Shown: piece after piece, positions 9,860 through 23,255 of the stretch
How positions within the stretch are numbered: position 1 is the stretch's first letter
How the letters are laid out: each line of letters starts with the position of its first letter
Notes under the pieces: generated by a model
What the model was told of the DNA's origin: nothing
Seen by the model: the letters and a program-made list of their open reading frames with translations, nothing else
Database searches by the model: none
Assembly: GCA_963727895.1 (NCBI GenBank)
Contig: CAVSHT010000004.1
Coordinates: 427,473-491,472, forward strand
Direction of reading: 5' to 3'
Source of the DNA: an uncultured Methanosarcinaceae archaeon
GTDB lineage: Archaea > Halobacteriota > Methanosarcinia > Methanosarcinales > Methanosarcinaceae
Length of the DNA stretch: 64,000 nucleotides
Program-made: the position numbers and the translations under genes

Positions 9860-12186
9860 ATGGAAGAAATACAGTTGAAGGTTGAAAAAGCATATCCTAT
9901 CGACCTTGGAAGAGGAATTATCCGACTGGACCCTACAACTTTGTTGAAGCTTCAGCTCTCACCAGGCGACATCGTGGAAATTAGAGGTAAGAAAAAGACC
10001 ACGGCAAAGGTTTGGAGAGCTGATCGGCAGGACTGGGATCAGGGACTCGTGAGAATTGATAACTTCATCCGGCAAAATGCAAGTGTTTCCATAGGAGAGA
10101 AGGTAACCATCAAAAAGGTTGAAGCCCCTGAGGCGAAAAAACTTGTTCTGGCACTTCCGGAAAGCATGATGCAGGGAGGTCCTGAACTTCAGTTTGGGGA
10201 ACATGCAAATGAAATTATAAAGCGACACATTCTCAAAAGGCCGGTTTTTAGGGGAGACATAATTCCTATAATAAATTCAATGTCTCAACCAATGACGGAA
10301 TCTCTGACTACAAGCCAGGTAATTCCTCTTGTTGCTGTCGAGACTGAGCCTTCAAATACTATCGTTCTTGTTACAGAAACTACGCTTATCGAACTTCGAA
10401 AAAAGCCGGTACAAGGATACGAAAAAGCAACCCGAGGCGTAACTACCTATGAAGACATAGGAGGTCTCGGGAATGAAATCATGCGTGTCCGAGAAATTAT
10501 AGAGATGCCTATGAAGCATCCTGAGCTTTTCGCCCACCTTAATATCGAGCCTCCAAAAGGAGTCATTCTCTATGGCCCACCCGGAACCGGAAAAACTCTG
10601 ATTGCAAAAGCCGTAGCTAATGAATCTGGGGCAAGTTTCCATTACATTGCTGGTCCTGAGATTGTAGGAAAATTCTATGGAGAAAGTGAAGAAAGGCTCA
10701 GGAAGATCTTTGAAGAGGCAACTCAGGATGCGCCGTCGGTCATTTTTATTGATGAAATCGACTCCATTGCTCCAAAAAGAGAGAATGTAACAGGAGAAGT
10801 GGAAAGACGAGTGGTCGCCCAACTTCTGACTCTTCTTGATGGAATGGAAGAAAGAGGACAGGTTGTGGTTATCGGAGCCACAAACCGTGTGGATGCTATT
10901 GACCCCGCACTCAGGAGACCAGGTCGCTTTGATAGAGAAATCCATATAGGCGTGCCTGATACAAAAGATAGATATGAGATCCTCCAGATCCATACAAGGG
11001 GTATGCCCATAGAAAGAGACGAGGAAAAGAGGAAATCGAAAAAGCTGAAAATGAAGTTGATGAAGCTACTCTGGAGAGAGAAAGGAAAGAAAAGGCAGAT
11101 AAATACCTGATGTATCTGGCTGAAAGAACCCAGGGGTTTGTAGGCGCAGATTTGCTGGCCCTTGTGCAGGAAGCCGCTATGCGGTGTCTCAGAGAAAATC
11201 TGCCGGATCTTGACCTTGAAAAGGAAGCAATTCCACCAGAAAGACTGGAAAAAATCGTTGTAACCAAGAAAAACTTTGAAGATGCCCTGATTGAGGCAGA
11301 ACCCTCAGCTCTTAGAGAAATTTATGTAGAGATGCCCACAGTTAGCTGGAATGATGTGGGAGGGCTCGATGAAGCAAAGCAGTCCATTATTGAGGCTGTG
11401 GAATGGCCCATTAAAAGTCCGGAAAAGTTCACTAAGATGGGTATAAAAGCTCCTAGAGGAATCCTACTTTACGGCCCACCAGGGACTGGAAAAACCCTGA
11501 TAGCAAAGGCTGTTTCCCATGAGTCAAATGCGAACTTCATAAGCGTAAAAGGACCTGAGATTTTTTCAAAGTGGCTTGGAGAATCGGAAAAAGCCATCCG
11601 AGAAATATTCAAGAAAGCTCGGCAAGTTTCCCCATGTGTGGTATTCTTTGACGAAATAGATTCGATTGCTTCGATGCCAGGAATGGAATCTACGGATAGT
11701 CGAACTTCAGAAAGAGTACTCAATCAGCTCCTGACAGAGATGGACGGACTTGAATCTCTCAAAGATGTAGTGGTAATTGCCGCAACCAATCGCCCTAACC
11801 TTCTGGATCCTGCAATTATCCGCCCTGGACGTTTTGACAGATTGGTTTACATAGGTTCTCCTGACCGAAAAGGCAGACTCAAGATATTCAACATTCATAC
11901 AAACGATACACCTCTTGCTGATGATGTGGCTCTTGAAAACCTTGCTGATATTACTGAGGGATACGTGGGTGCTGATATAGAGTCAGTGTGCAGAGAAGCT
12001 GTAATGATTGCGCTCAGGGAGAACTTCGATGTAGAAAGCATAGAAATGAGACACTTTAAGGAAGCTCTGAAAAAGGTAAAACCAACAATTACGGAAGATA
12101 TTGCTCAGTTCTACGAGAAGATCGAAGCTCATTTCAAAGGAGGCCAGAGACTCACAAATACAGCTGGTTATATTGGTTACAGGTAA
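9860..12186 (+). CDS. cdc48: CDC48/VCP-family AAA ATPase, split by a frameshift near 11025 (pseudogene or sequencing error)
   Basis: N-domain plus two AAA modules (YGPPGTGKT twice, FIDEID/FFDEID); the two ORFs join across the A-run GAGGAAAAGAGG. Confidence 0.9.
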
Positions 12187-12196
12187 AATTTAAATG

Positions 12197-12219
12197 AGTT
12201 GCTCCTTTAAGGAGCAACT
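12197..12219 (+). terminator. Hairpin downstream of cdc48
   Basis: Palindrome AGTTGCTCCTT-T-AAGGAGCAACT 10 nt after the stop. Confidence 0.45.
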
Positions 12220-12331
12220 TATAAAAGGAAAAAGTTTTAAGGAACCTAGTTTCAAATGGAATAAAATATTCGAAGTGAAAAGCCAACTTTACCCAGACCG
12301 TATAACACGCTGTGAACGGAGATAAGATAAA

Positions 12332-12586
12332 ATGTCAAAGGAATTTGCAAAGAACCTCTTTAACAAACAGATAATGGCTACCGACGGAACAGAAATAGGA
12401 ATACTGAGCAATATTATAGTCGAGATTAAAGGGGGAAACATTATTGACATGGTAGTGGCCCCAAATGTCAATTTTGATACTTCCAGATACAGAAAAGCAG
12501 ACAACTTTATTCTCATTCCTTTTGATTCCGTAAGTGCTATCAAAGATTACATAATAATAGACAAAATGAAAGCAAAGGCAAACTAA
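12332..12586 (+). CDS. PRC-barrel domain protein
   Basis: K.IMATDGTEIG.L.NI..IPFDSV.AIKDYIII pattern. Confidence 0.85.
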   Translation: MSKEFAKNLFNKQIMATDGTEIGILSNIIVEIKGGNIIDMVVAPNVNFDTSRYRKADNFILIPFDSVSAIKDYIIIDKMKAKAN

Positions 12587-12593
12587 AATAAAT

Positions 12594-12700
12594 GAGTTCC
12601 ATTGCCCGAGTCCCGTCTCGGGAGGACGGTGCTTTTTTCGCTACCCGAATTTCGCTTCGGGAGCACGGAAGCCCTTTTCGCTTCGCTCAAGAGGGCTGAA
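12594..12700. repeat. REP-like palindromic element, copy C (three hairpin modules)
   Basis: Reverse-complement core at 12605-12628, CCCGAATTTCGCTTCGGG, and CCCTTTTCGCTTCGCTCAAGAGGG. Confidence 0.8.
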
Positions 12701-13280
12701 TTAGGGACGTGAGAAAGTGTTTTTCAACTTGCTGAAGAGGGCCTGATTTGTCTGAACTCCGCTTGGGGAGTAGGGACCCCCTTTTCGTTGAACTCAGGGA
12801 AGTAGATTTCTCCAAAACTATAGCTTTCCTGTTCTAGCTATGTTTCCTGAATATTCCGCCTTTTTTTGGTTTCTAAAAAATCAATTCTTTAATTAATTAG
12901 AATACAGAACGTCTTGATGTATATAATGAGCTATTACTCATTCCAAATCTCGATAGTGCTTTTGATTATGGTTACATTAGTTTTGATAATATAGGAAAAA
13001 TAATCATTAGTAGTTCACTTAAAGAAAATAACAAGATTAAGCTTGGTATTCATTCTGAACTGAGAATAAGAAAGGTAGAACAGGACCATCCCAATTATTT
13101 AGAATAACACAGACAAAATATTTTTATAAAGTTAAAATACAATGAATATAAGTAAGACTCTATAAGGCTTTTGCCAGTAAGTCTTCTGTGGAAGATTTCA
13201 CGGCGAGGCTGGAGTATATAATACTATGAAGGGACTATAAAGATTAAACTAAATAAAATAAGTGGAAAAATAAATGAAAA

Positions 13281-13700
13281 GTGATCAAACAGTGCTTAAA
13301 AAGAACCCAAGCAGTATTTAAAAAGAGCCTCAAATATGATGCTGATTTTCTTAAAGAAAACATGATGGGTCCAAATTCAATGAAAATAAGTTCGGAACTT
13401 GCGGAGTCTTTGAAACTTGAAAAAGGCATGCGAGTGCTTGATCTGGGCTGCGGGCGAGGGCTAACATCAATTTTCTTGGCAACAGAGTATGATGTTGCTG
13501 TTTTTGCAACTGATCTATGGATAAATGCAACAGATAACTAGGAAAGAATCAAGTCAATTGGACTGGAAGATCAGATAATTTCAATCCATGCTGAAGCCGA
13601 TGATTTACCATTTACTTATGAGTTTTTGACCTTGCGATATATGTTTGCCTATAATTATTTTGGAGTTAAAGAAGACTATTTGGCAAAGTATCTTTTCTGA
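13281..13700 (+). pseudogene. Class I SAM-dependent methyltransferase remnant
   Basis: MMGPN, VLDLGCGRG; in-frame TAG at 13539, then IHAEADDLPF, a frameshift and truncation. Confidence 0.8.
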
Positions 13701-14096
13701 ACATAGGTTCAGAATAGGAAATCGAGGCGCAAAACCAAGTTTAATGACATTTTTTTCCTAAATAATATTGTAAACTTTAGGGGGTTTTGGGGAAAAAAGC
13801 AAGATTATATAAAGATATGAGAATAATATATCTTTCGATAATTCGAAAAAAGATAAGGTTAAGTAAAGCCAGATGTTACAAAACAAATAAAACTATCCAG
13901 TAAAAATTCTGGCTTATTATAGTCTTTTAAGCTTGCCTATAGGCTTGATTTTTACGCTTTTTATTATATAATGAATAAACGCCTTACGAAAAAAGAAAGA
14001 TGAAACCTTAAAAAACTGAAAAGAGGGTAATTTTACCAAACTGAGTATTGGTAACAACACTAATAATTTTAAAGGCAGTATTAATCAAAAATAAAA

Positions 14097-15825
14097 ATGG
14101 GGGTTAAATTTCTGGAGTATACGCTTAGAATAGGAGGAGAAGCTGGACAGGGACTTCAGACGATAGGAGGAGCTCTTGCAAAAGTATTTTCTCGCATAGG
14201 TTATCATGTTTTTACTCATCAGGACTACATGTCCAGGATACGAGGAGGACATAATTTTTACCAAATCCGGTTTTCTAACCAGGAAATAATGTCTTCCAGA
14301 GAGACGCCTGATATTCTTCTGGCTCTTGATCGGAATACCATTGAAGTTCACAGGAAAAGTGTTAGTGATGGAGGATTTATTCTCTATGATTCTGAAATTG
14401 CCAAAGTGAAATATGAGGAACCTGAGTTCATAGATATTCCTTTCAAGAAGATAGCTCTTGATGTAGGGAAAAATAGCGTTATGGCAAATACCGCAGCAAC
14501 TGGAGCTGCACTTGGAATACTTGGTATTGGACTCGATGCACTTAAAAAAATATTAAGAGAAACATTTGAGAAAAAAGGAAATGAAATAGTCCAAAATAAT
14601 ATTGCCTGTGCAGAAGCTGGGTACAATTATGCCGTTAAGAATTGTCCTCGCTGTGAAGCTTTTGGAATCCGTGAACCTGAGAACAAAAAAAGGCTTATGC
14701 TTATAACCGGAATTCAAGCAATCGGGATGGGAGCAATTATGTCCGGCTGTAAGTTCTATTCGGCATATCCGATGTCACCTTCAACAGGGATTATGAATTA
14801 CCTTGCTTCAAGAGAAGAAGAATATAATCTCGTTGTTGAACAGGCTGAAGACGAAATTTCAGCCATCAATATGGCTATAGGAGCCTCTTTTGCAGGTGTA
14901 AGGTCTATGACTGGAACTTCTGGTGGAGGATTTGCCCTGATGGTAGAAGGTCTTTCCCTTGCAGGAATAACCGAAACCCCTCTTGTGATCGCAGAAATGC
15001 AACGCCCTGGGCCGGCTACGGGATTGCCCACACGTACAGAACAGGGAGATCTCCTTTTTATTCTGCATGCAGGCCACGGAGAATTTCCAAGAGTAATTTT
15101 TGAGCCCGGAACCCCAGAGCAAGCTTTTTACCTGACTAATAAGGCTTTCGAATTTGCGGAAAAATATCAAATACCTGTTTTCATTCAGTCAGATCAATAT
15201 CTTGCAGAGTCCGAGTGGACTTTTGAAGGCTTCGACCTGGACAACTTGGTTTATGATGATTATCGGATGAGAGAAAAAGATCTTGAAGGCGTTGAAGTTT
15301 ATAAACGCTATGAATATTTTAGCACAGGAATTTCTCCTCTTGCCATTCCTGGAGAAGCAGGAAAACACCTTGTCGTAGCGGATAGCGATGAACATGACGA
15401 GGAGGGGCATATTATAGAAGATTCTGAGACCCGAATTACAATGGTTCAGAAAAGGTTGCTAAAGAAAATGCCGCTTATAATGGAAGAGATAGATGCTCCG
15501 CTTTTATATGGAGATTCTTCTCCAAAAATAGTGCTTGTAGGACATGGTTCTACCTACGGTGTAATAAAAGAAGTCATAGATACAATTCCAAAGGACAAAA
15601 AAGTCGCAATGGTTCACTTCAGCCAGATTTATCCTCTTTCAGAGAGGGACAGATTTGATTATATTGAGCTTTTTGAGAATGCAGACTTTACGATTTGCAT
15701 AGAAAATAATGCTAGCGGACAATTTGCAAAAATCATTCGGGCAGAAACAGGATTTGAGTTTTCCCACTTGATCTGCAAATATGATGGTAGACCTTTTACA
15801 ATCGAAAACCTAAAGGAGGAGCTGC

Positions 15826-15839
<14 letters not shown>
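14097..15839 (+). CDS. 2-oxoacid:ferredoxin oxidoreductase alpha subunit (gamma-alpha fusion, KorA-like)
   Basis: GGEAGQG, SRIRGGHN, YPMSPS, QAEDEI, TSGGGF, QRPGPATGLPT. Confidence 0.9.
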
Positions 15840-16678
<839 letters not shown>

Positions 16679-17045
16679 AATCTTCTCTTTCTATTTTTAT
16701 TTAAAATAATTTCTTGAAATATTGGCTTTTTTAGGATAATTTCAGAATTGAGAATAGCTCTCGAATCATTGGAAACTATTTTATCGGTTCTTGATTAAAT
16801 TTCCACCATATAACTTGTCATTTTTTCAGAAAAGTTAATAAATTAAAAGATGTTAGTTATCTATTGTAAATTTATTGGTATGTGTATGGGGGTTATTAAT
16901 AGGGAACCATGTAGATCAGCTCCTGAATATCTCAACTTTCATAAAAAATTCCAGTCAAAAATTAAAAAATGCAGGCGCTGAGAACTTGACCCTTTAATTT
17001 CTCTATATACTTTCATTCAAAAATAATATGTAGGAGTGAAATCGA

Positions 17046-17642
17046 ATGAAAGGGATTTTTAGCATTTTTAGAAAAGACGATAAAGCCTTTACAGGGCTCG
17101 AATCAGCAATTGTGCTGACCGCTTTCGTAGTTGTGGCAGCAGTGTTTTCTTATGTGGTGCTCGGGGCAGGGTTTACAACCTCCGATACCGCCAAGAAAAC
17201 CATCGATGAAGGTGTCAAACAGACTACTTCTTCAGTTGAACTTGCAGGCGATGTGATCGCAAAAAGTAACGATGCAAAGACTACGGTAACTAATATTCTT
17301 GTCACCCTTCAGCTTACAGCAGGGCAGTCTCCTGTAGATATAGGAGAAAATAATGGTACGGGAATGATGGTGGTAACTTATGCAGACAATAATACATACA
17401 ACCAAAGCGTGACTTGGACTAAGAAGTTTGTAGGGGACAGCGATGGAGACTCGATTTTAGAACAGCATGAAAAAGTTGAATTAAATCTCAGTGTTCCTAG
17501 TGACTCAATGCTTCAGAGTAACACCGCTTCTAATGTTGTAAACAGAGAATTCAGGATGGAGATAAAACCGAAGGTAGGCGCAATTGTTCCAATAACAAGA
17601 GTGACTCCGGCACAGCTCGATGGGGTTATGGTTCTGAAGTAA
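17046..17642 (+). CDS. flaB: Archaellin
   Basis: Class III signal peptide KDDKA|FTGLESAIVLTAFVVVAAVFS; GDSDGDSILEQHEK; RBS GGAGTGA. Confidence 0.95.
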   Translation: MKGIFSIFRKDDKAFTGLESAIVLTAFVVVAAVFSYVVLGAGFTTSDTAKKTIDEGVKQTTSSVELAGDVIAKSNDAKTTVTNILVTLQLTAGQSPVDIGENNGTGMMVVTYADNNTYNQSVTWTKKFVGDSDGDSILEQHEKVELNLSVPSDSMLQSNTASNVVNREFRMEIKPKVGAIVPITRVTPAQLDGVMVLK

Positions 17643-17672
17643 CCCCTTGAGATTTCAAGGGGAACTTCCCCC
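17643..17672 (+). terminator. Hairpin after flaB
   Basis: CCCCTTGA-GATT-TCAAGGGG immediately after the stop. Confidence 0.45.
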
Positions 17673-17722
17673 TTCTCTTATTTAAAAATTGGAAAATTAG
17701 TTTTTTTCAATTGGTGGTTAAT

Positions 17723-18458
17723 ATGGAACTGGAGAAAAGAGTAGCAGATATGGAAACGGAACTTAAAGTAGTAAAAGGGGAAATCAAAGATTTACTTGTG
17801 GATATAAGGGACCTGTAAACAAAAGTGAAAATCCCTTCTATAACAGCCAGAAAAATGGAATCTCCAGGTCCTGAAACTAAAGAAAAGGAGACAGAAAATA
17901 AAAATCAAACACTTGATTCTGATAAAGAAAAAACGGATTTAAAGAAATCTGAAGGTGTTTCGGAAACTGGGGTCGAAAGATGAAAAAAATAAAGAATATC
18001 GCCCAGGAACCGGTTAGAACCAGTTCAAGGCTCCTTCATATGAGGTTCCGGAGCAAAATATATCACGACAGAAAAATACGATAAGTGAAACGCAGACGAT
18101 TGAGCCTGAAAATCAAGTCCGAAAAATTGATACGTTCACCCTTGTTGAACTCATGCGCTGGGTGGATTACGCTGTCAGGACAATTGGGCACAGCAACCTC
18201 GAAGTCCTGCTTGACCTTTATTCACTTACCGGACAGCTTCCTGAAGAAACAAAATACATTATAAAAAATATTGCAAACCTTTCCATTGAAGAACCTGCAT
18301 GTGAAGACAGGGTTAGCATGAAAGATAATATCACAGTACTTTCACAATTGAATGCAATCCTCAACCCAGAAGAATTCAAAAATAGAATCCAGCCTCTTTA
18401 TGAAGATTCAGGCTGGAGAGAAGATACAAAAGGAAAAAACAGGCTTGCCTTCAATTAA
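17723..18458 (+). pseudogene. FlaD/E-like archaellum accessory protein, frameshifted
   Basis: N-terminal coiled coil MELEKRVADMETELK..DIRD then stop; C-terminal LMRWVDY..IG....EVLLDLY..G. Confidence 0.65.
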
Positions 18459-18719
18459 ATGTACGAACTGATGAATCAACTGAAAAACAGAATTAATTGT
18501 TCCAACTAATATCAACTAATTGTTATCAGTATCAATCAAATCAATGATTGTCTAGATTAATAATTATTGTCTGGTATGATCAATAATACCTTGATCTGAC
18601 ATAATATGTATCATTACATATAATCATTTATCTTATATTGATCACTTATTATCTTGAACTGGGTATCAACTTGTTCAAATCGATAAGGAAAAGCCGGAAA
18701 GTGAGGCGGGGGCTGAAAA

Positions 18720-19214
18720 ATGAGTGGGGAAGCGATAAGCTCTGCAATTCTAACAATAGCATCCATTATCTGTGTATTTTCATTTGTTTCAGTTGTATAC
18801 CCGTCTGTAATTTCTGCAGGAGACCCTATAATCAGCCGTACCAACGCAATGGGAGACCAGATACTGACAGATGTGGAAATTTTGCATGAAACGACTGCTG
18901 CTGAAGGTTCTGAGGTAAATATATGGGTCAAAAACGTGGGACCTAAGGGAATATCTTCTGGTTTGATTTCAGAATCTGACCTTTTTTTTGGAAAGTCCGG
19001 AAACTTTGAACGGATACCATATGATGAGAATGGAAGTCTGGCTCCTTGCTGGAATTATTCAATAGAGCAAAGTAAAGACGATAACTGGGACAAAGGGGAA
19101 ACACTGCAGATCAAAATAAAACCGACTGATGTACCTGTCAGTGGAGAGAAATATTTCATTAAATTCAGTGCATACAACGGGGTTTCGAAAGAAACCTATT
19201 TTACGGTGTCATGA
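18720..19214 (+). CDS. flaG: Archaellum protein FlaG/ArlG
   Basis: N-terminal TM MSGEAISSAILTIASI, WVKNVG, W..GETL, NGV; operon position. Confidence 0.8.
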   Translation: MSGEAISSAILTIASIICVFSFVSVVYPSVISAGDPIISRTNAMGDQILTDVEILHETTAAEGSEVNIWVKNVGPKGISSGLISESDLFFGKSGNFERIPYDENGSLAPCWNYSIEQSKDDNWDKGETLQIKIKPTDVPVSGEKYFIKFSAYNGVSKETYFTVS

Positions 19215-19723
19215 TGGGATTCGGAACAGTTATTGCAGCAATGGTTTCGGTTGCAATTATCCTCCTGGCATCTTATGTCTGCTCAAACGGGGGGTTTTAC
19301 ATGGCAGATGTAATTACAGATTCAGTAATGGAAATGCAGGAAAATGAGAATGAGATTCTGAAAACAGAGATCGAGATTACAGGCATCTACGCAGATGAAG
19401 CCGACGTTTTCGTATCCCTGCATAATACGGGCTCCACAAAGATAGGAGACTTCGATTATATGGATGTAATCGTTAATTACTCCAATACATCCGGCAATGC
19501 AAAGACAATATGGATTCCCTACCAGGAAGATGCAGGCAATTAGAAAACAGATGGATTGTAAGAAGTATCAGTCCAGATCTGATAAATCCCGGGATTCTTG
19601 ACCCAGATGAGAAGATGGAATTACAGATTATACTTGAAGATTCCCTGGAAAACGAGAAGTGTAGACTGGTTGATGGTAGCTGCTCCAAATGGAGTAAAAG
19701 CTTCAGGATACTTCGATACATGA
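19211..19723 (+). pseudogene. flaF: Archaellum protein FlaF/ArlF, two frameshifts
   Basis: MGFGTVI TM, NTGSTKI, DVIV.Y; then INPGILDPDE; then APNGVK in shifted frames. Confidence 0.75.
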
Positions 19724-19840
19724 ATTTAATGACTGATTCAGATAGTCAAGAATTATGCAGGCAGAATCAGTTTAGCTAAATTAGATGAACTACTAAGTAA
19801 AAGATAATGAAATCTTTGAAAAAATAAAGAGGGGGAGAAA

Positions 19841-21385
19841 ATGGGAGAAAATGTGGGAGAAGAGATTATTTCTTGAAAAAGAATCATTTCTGTGAAGAGA
19901 TAGCAAATAATTCGGAAACTGAGAAGAGAAAAAATCTTTAGAATTTATATCATCAGGAAATATGGAAATTGATAAGAAGACTGGACGGAGGCATCCCTAC
20001 TAGGTTCTCTATGTCTTCTCGAAGGTGCAAATGATAGTGGAAAATCAATTTTCATGCAGCAGATTATGTGGGGAGCCCTTAACCAGGACAAAAAAGTTTT
20101 AGCTATAACAACTGAGAAAAACATCCAGAGAATCTGTTGAAGAATATGGAAAACCTGAAACAGGGCATTTCAGACTACTTCATAATAGGAAGATCTAGAA
20201 TATTTGAAATAAATCCGGATTCAATTGAAGAAAATCCCAAGCTAAGCGAAAGTATGCTCCAGACACTTCTAGAATGTATAAAGGAATGTGAAGAGGAATT
20301 AATCTTAATTGATTCACTGACTCTCTTTGCAGTGAATACTTCTGAAAGTATACTATTAAATTTTTTGGCATTGATACTTAAACATAGTTGTATACTATTA
20401 GAAAGTATATTTCTTCATGAACTGCCCCAGATGCAATAGTTCTAATCACAAAAAGAACGGTATAGTTGGTGGTAGTCAACGGTACAAATGCTCTGATTGT
20501 GGATATAACTATACAGTAGAGCTAAAATCAACTGCTTTTTCCACTTATGTCAAAAAACAGGCTTTACAACTCTATCTTGAAGGATTGGGCTTTCGCTCAA
20601 TAGGAAGAGTTTTAGGGGTAAGTCATGTTTCTGTCCAAAAATGGATAACGAAATTTGGTCAGGAGTTAGAGAACCTAAAAAGTGAAAGTGAGATATCTAT
20701 TGTTGAAATGGATGAAATGCACACTTACATCGGTAACAAAAAAAATATTGCTGTATCTGGATTGCTGTTGATAGAGTTGGGAAAAAGTTCATCAACTGCT
20801 CTTTTGGCAGCAGAGGAACGGAAACTGGAAAACTACTCTGGGAAAAAGTGAAGAAAAAAGAGATTGGAGAAGTGATGACAGATCACTGGAGAGCATATGC
20901 AGAGTTTCGTCCAGAAAAGATCCATACTCAATCAAAAGCAGAAACATTTACAGTTGAAGGATATAACAGCATATTGAGGCACTTTTTGGCAAGGTTGAGA
21001 AGAAAGACAAAGTGTTATACAAAAAGTCTTGAAATGCTAAAGTACTCGGTTATTCTATTGATGAAATACAGAAATAAAGAGTTAACTATGTTTAGTTAAC
21101 AATACCAATTTTTTACTGAATGTGTAAAACTTTGCGATAATGGAAAGACCATTTTTATAAGTGTTCATAGGTACGCTTTCTCCCAGGAAGTTCTTTACAG
21201 GCTAAGATCAGTTTGCGACTCCTGTATTGAACTAAGAATAGAACAGGTTGGAGACAAGCGGATAAAGACCATGGAAATTCAGAAGCTGAGAGGTGCCATA
21301 AAAACTATTGGAAATATGTTAAGTTTTAATGTGGACAGCGAATACTGGGCTGAAAATAATTCCAGTTTCAAAAGTCAAAGCCTGA
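19841..21385 (+). pseudogene. flaH: FlaH/ArlH KaiC-like ATPase, interrupted by IS1 and frameshifted
   Basis: GGIPT..LEGANDSGKS Walker A near 20021, LIDSLT; continues after the IS with RLRSVCD..KLRGA..GLKIIPVSKVKA. Confidence 0.85.
20367..21106 (+). mobile_element. IS1-family element, apparently intact, inserted in flaH
   Basis: IRs GGCATTGATACT../..AACAATACC; 8-bp target duplication AATTTTTT (20359-20366 and 21107-21114); A8 slippage site near 20740. Confidence 0.95.
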
Positions 21386-21442
21386 AAAAAAAAGTAAATC
21401 GGAAATTGTAATGCTGTTAAAAAACCCGAATGAGGATTCAAG

Positions 21443-23255
21443 ATGGAAGGTCTACCGTTTAACCCGCTGCCTGCACCGATAAATGGAAGGCGTTCCAGAG
21501 AAGAAGTACGTTCCAGACTTTCTTCAGAAATGCAGGATTTTGTGGGCAGGGAAGAAAATCGTCATATTCTCGATTATATCTGCAGACTTCCCTTAGAAGA
21601 AATAGCAATTCCGGAATTTCACCTGAAAATTTCACGAGCTATGAAAAGCATCAAGCACCCTAACCTTATCTATCCTGTAGGAAAAGGAGTTGCTGTTCAC
21701 ATTTACCCTGATAGAGAGGATATAAGAAATTATTACATTCCCATAGAGCCCTGTCTATTTCAGAATATGGACAGTACTCTTGAGGCTGTAGAAAAACTGC
21801 TTATTGATGTTATACATAATCAGGATATCAACACAAAAGATCCTGAAGAAAAGAAAAAACTCCTGGAAAAGGCACTTGAAAAGGTTTGCACTATAGATGA
21901 AAACGCAAAAGAAAACGCAGAAAAAAAAAGTAAAGATATTAAGAAAAAACTGCCCAAGATCGAGCTAAAACGGTAAGCTCCAGGTGGGGATTTTAGGAAA
22001 TATAAAGGAAGTTGGAAAAGTCTTTAAAATGGAAAAATATGAGACTATTCACGTAACTTCCGAGGAATTTAATGCTATCAAATATCTTATGATTAGGGAT
22101 AAGATCGGAATGGGACTTATTGAACCTTTACTGATGGATTCAAATATAGAAGATATAAGTTGCAGTGGACTTGGAAGGGTTTTTGTCGAACATAAGGTAT
22201 TTTCGTCCCTTAAAACATCAATCTCGTTTCAGGAGACAGAAGAACTCAACTCTTTTGTAATTCAGATGTCCGAAAAGGTAGGAAAACCGATAACCTACAG
22301 GGATCCTATAGTTGATACAGCTCTTTCTGATGGGTCAAGGATTAATATAGTTTTTGGAGAAGACGTGTCCAAGCAGGGAGCAATTTTACCATTAGGAAAT
22401 TTATGGGCACTCCTATTTCAATCCTCGAACTTATTGATTTTGGAACAATTGACTATACAATGGCTGCATATATGTGGATGATGCTGAGAGCAGGTATGAA
22501 CTGCTTTGTTTCAGGGGAAACAGCTTCGGGAAAGACCACTATGATGAACGCCATAACTACTTTTCTCCCGCCTGAATCCAAAATAGTTTCTATTGAAGAT
22601 ACTCCGGAACTACAGGTTCCACACAAGAACTGGACTAGGGAAGTTACCAGGACTACAAGGGATGATAGTGGTTCTGATGTCTCAATGTTTGACCTGTTAA
22701 AGGCAGCCCTTCGACAGCGTCCAAATGAGATTATGATTGGAGAAATCCGTGGGGTGGAAGGCAATATTGCTTTTCAGGCTATGCAGACAGGACACCCTGT
22801 TATGTCTACATTCCATGCAGCATCAGTCGAAAAGCTTATTCAGAGGCTTACAGGAGATCCAATAAATGTACCAAAGAATTATGTGGATAACCTGAATGTA
22901 GTAATAATCCAAAGTGCAGTGAATGTTCCAGGAAAAGGTATGGGACGAAGAGTTCTTAGCATAAACGAGATAATAGGCTATGATTCAATAAATCAGGCCT
23001 TCAATTTTATGGATATATTCAAGTGGGATCCTGCTACAGATACATTCAAGTTTACGGGAAAGAACAATTCATATTTGCTGGAACAAAAGATTGCTCCACG
23101 TCTCGAAATTCCGGAAAACCATGTAAGGAAAATAGATCTAGAACTTGACAAGAAGAGCAAAGATTCTCAGAAAGATCCATCAGGCAAAAATTACTAACTT
23201 TTATGAGATTTTCAATACATTAATCCAGATTGAAGAGGCTGGAATAACATCATGA
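21443..23255 (+). pseudogene. flaI: FlaI/ArlI secretion ATPase, fragmented
   Basis: IEDISCSG, GETASGKTT, IEDTPEL, LRQRPNEIMIGEIRG, QTGH..TFHA; stop at 21974 plus frameshifts. Confidence 0.9.

Noticed and set aside
18460..18700. Repeat array between the flaD/E-like gene and flaG
   Set aside because: Only short AT-rich near-repeats (CAACTAAT, ATTGTCT) with no regular period
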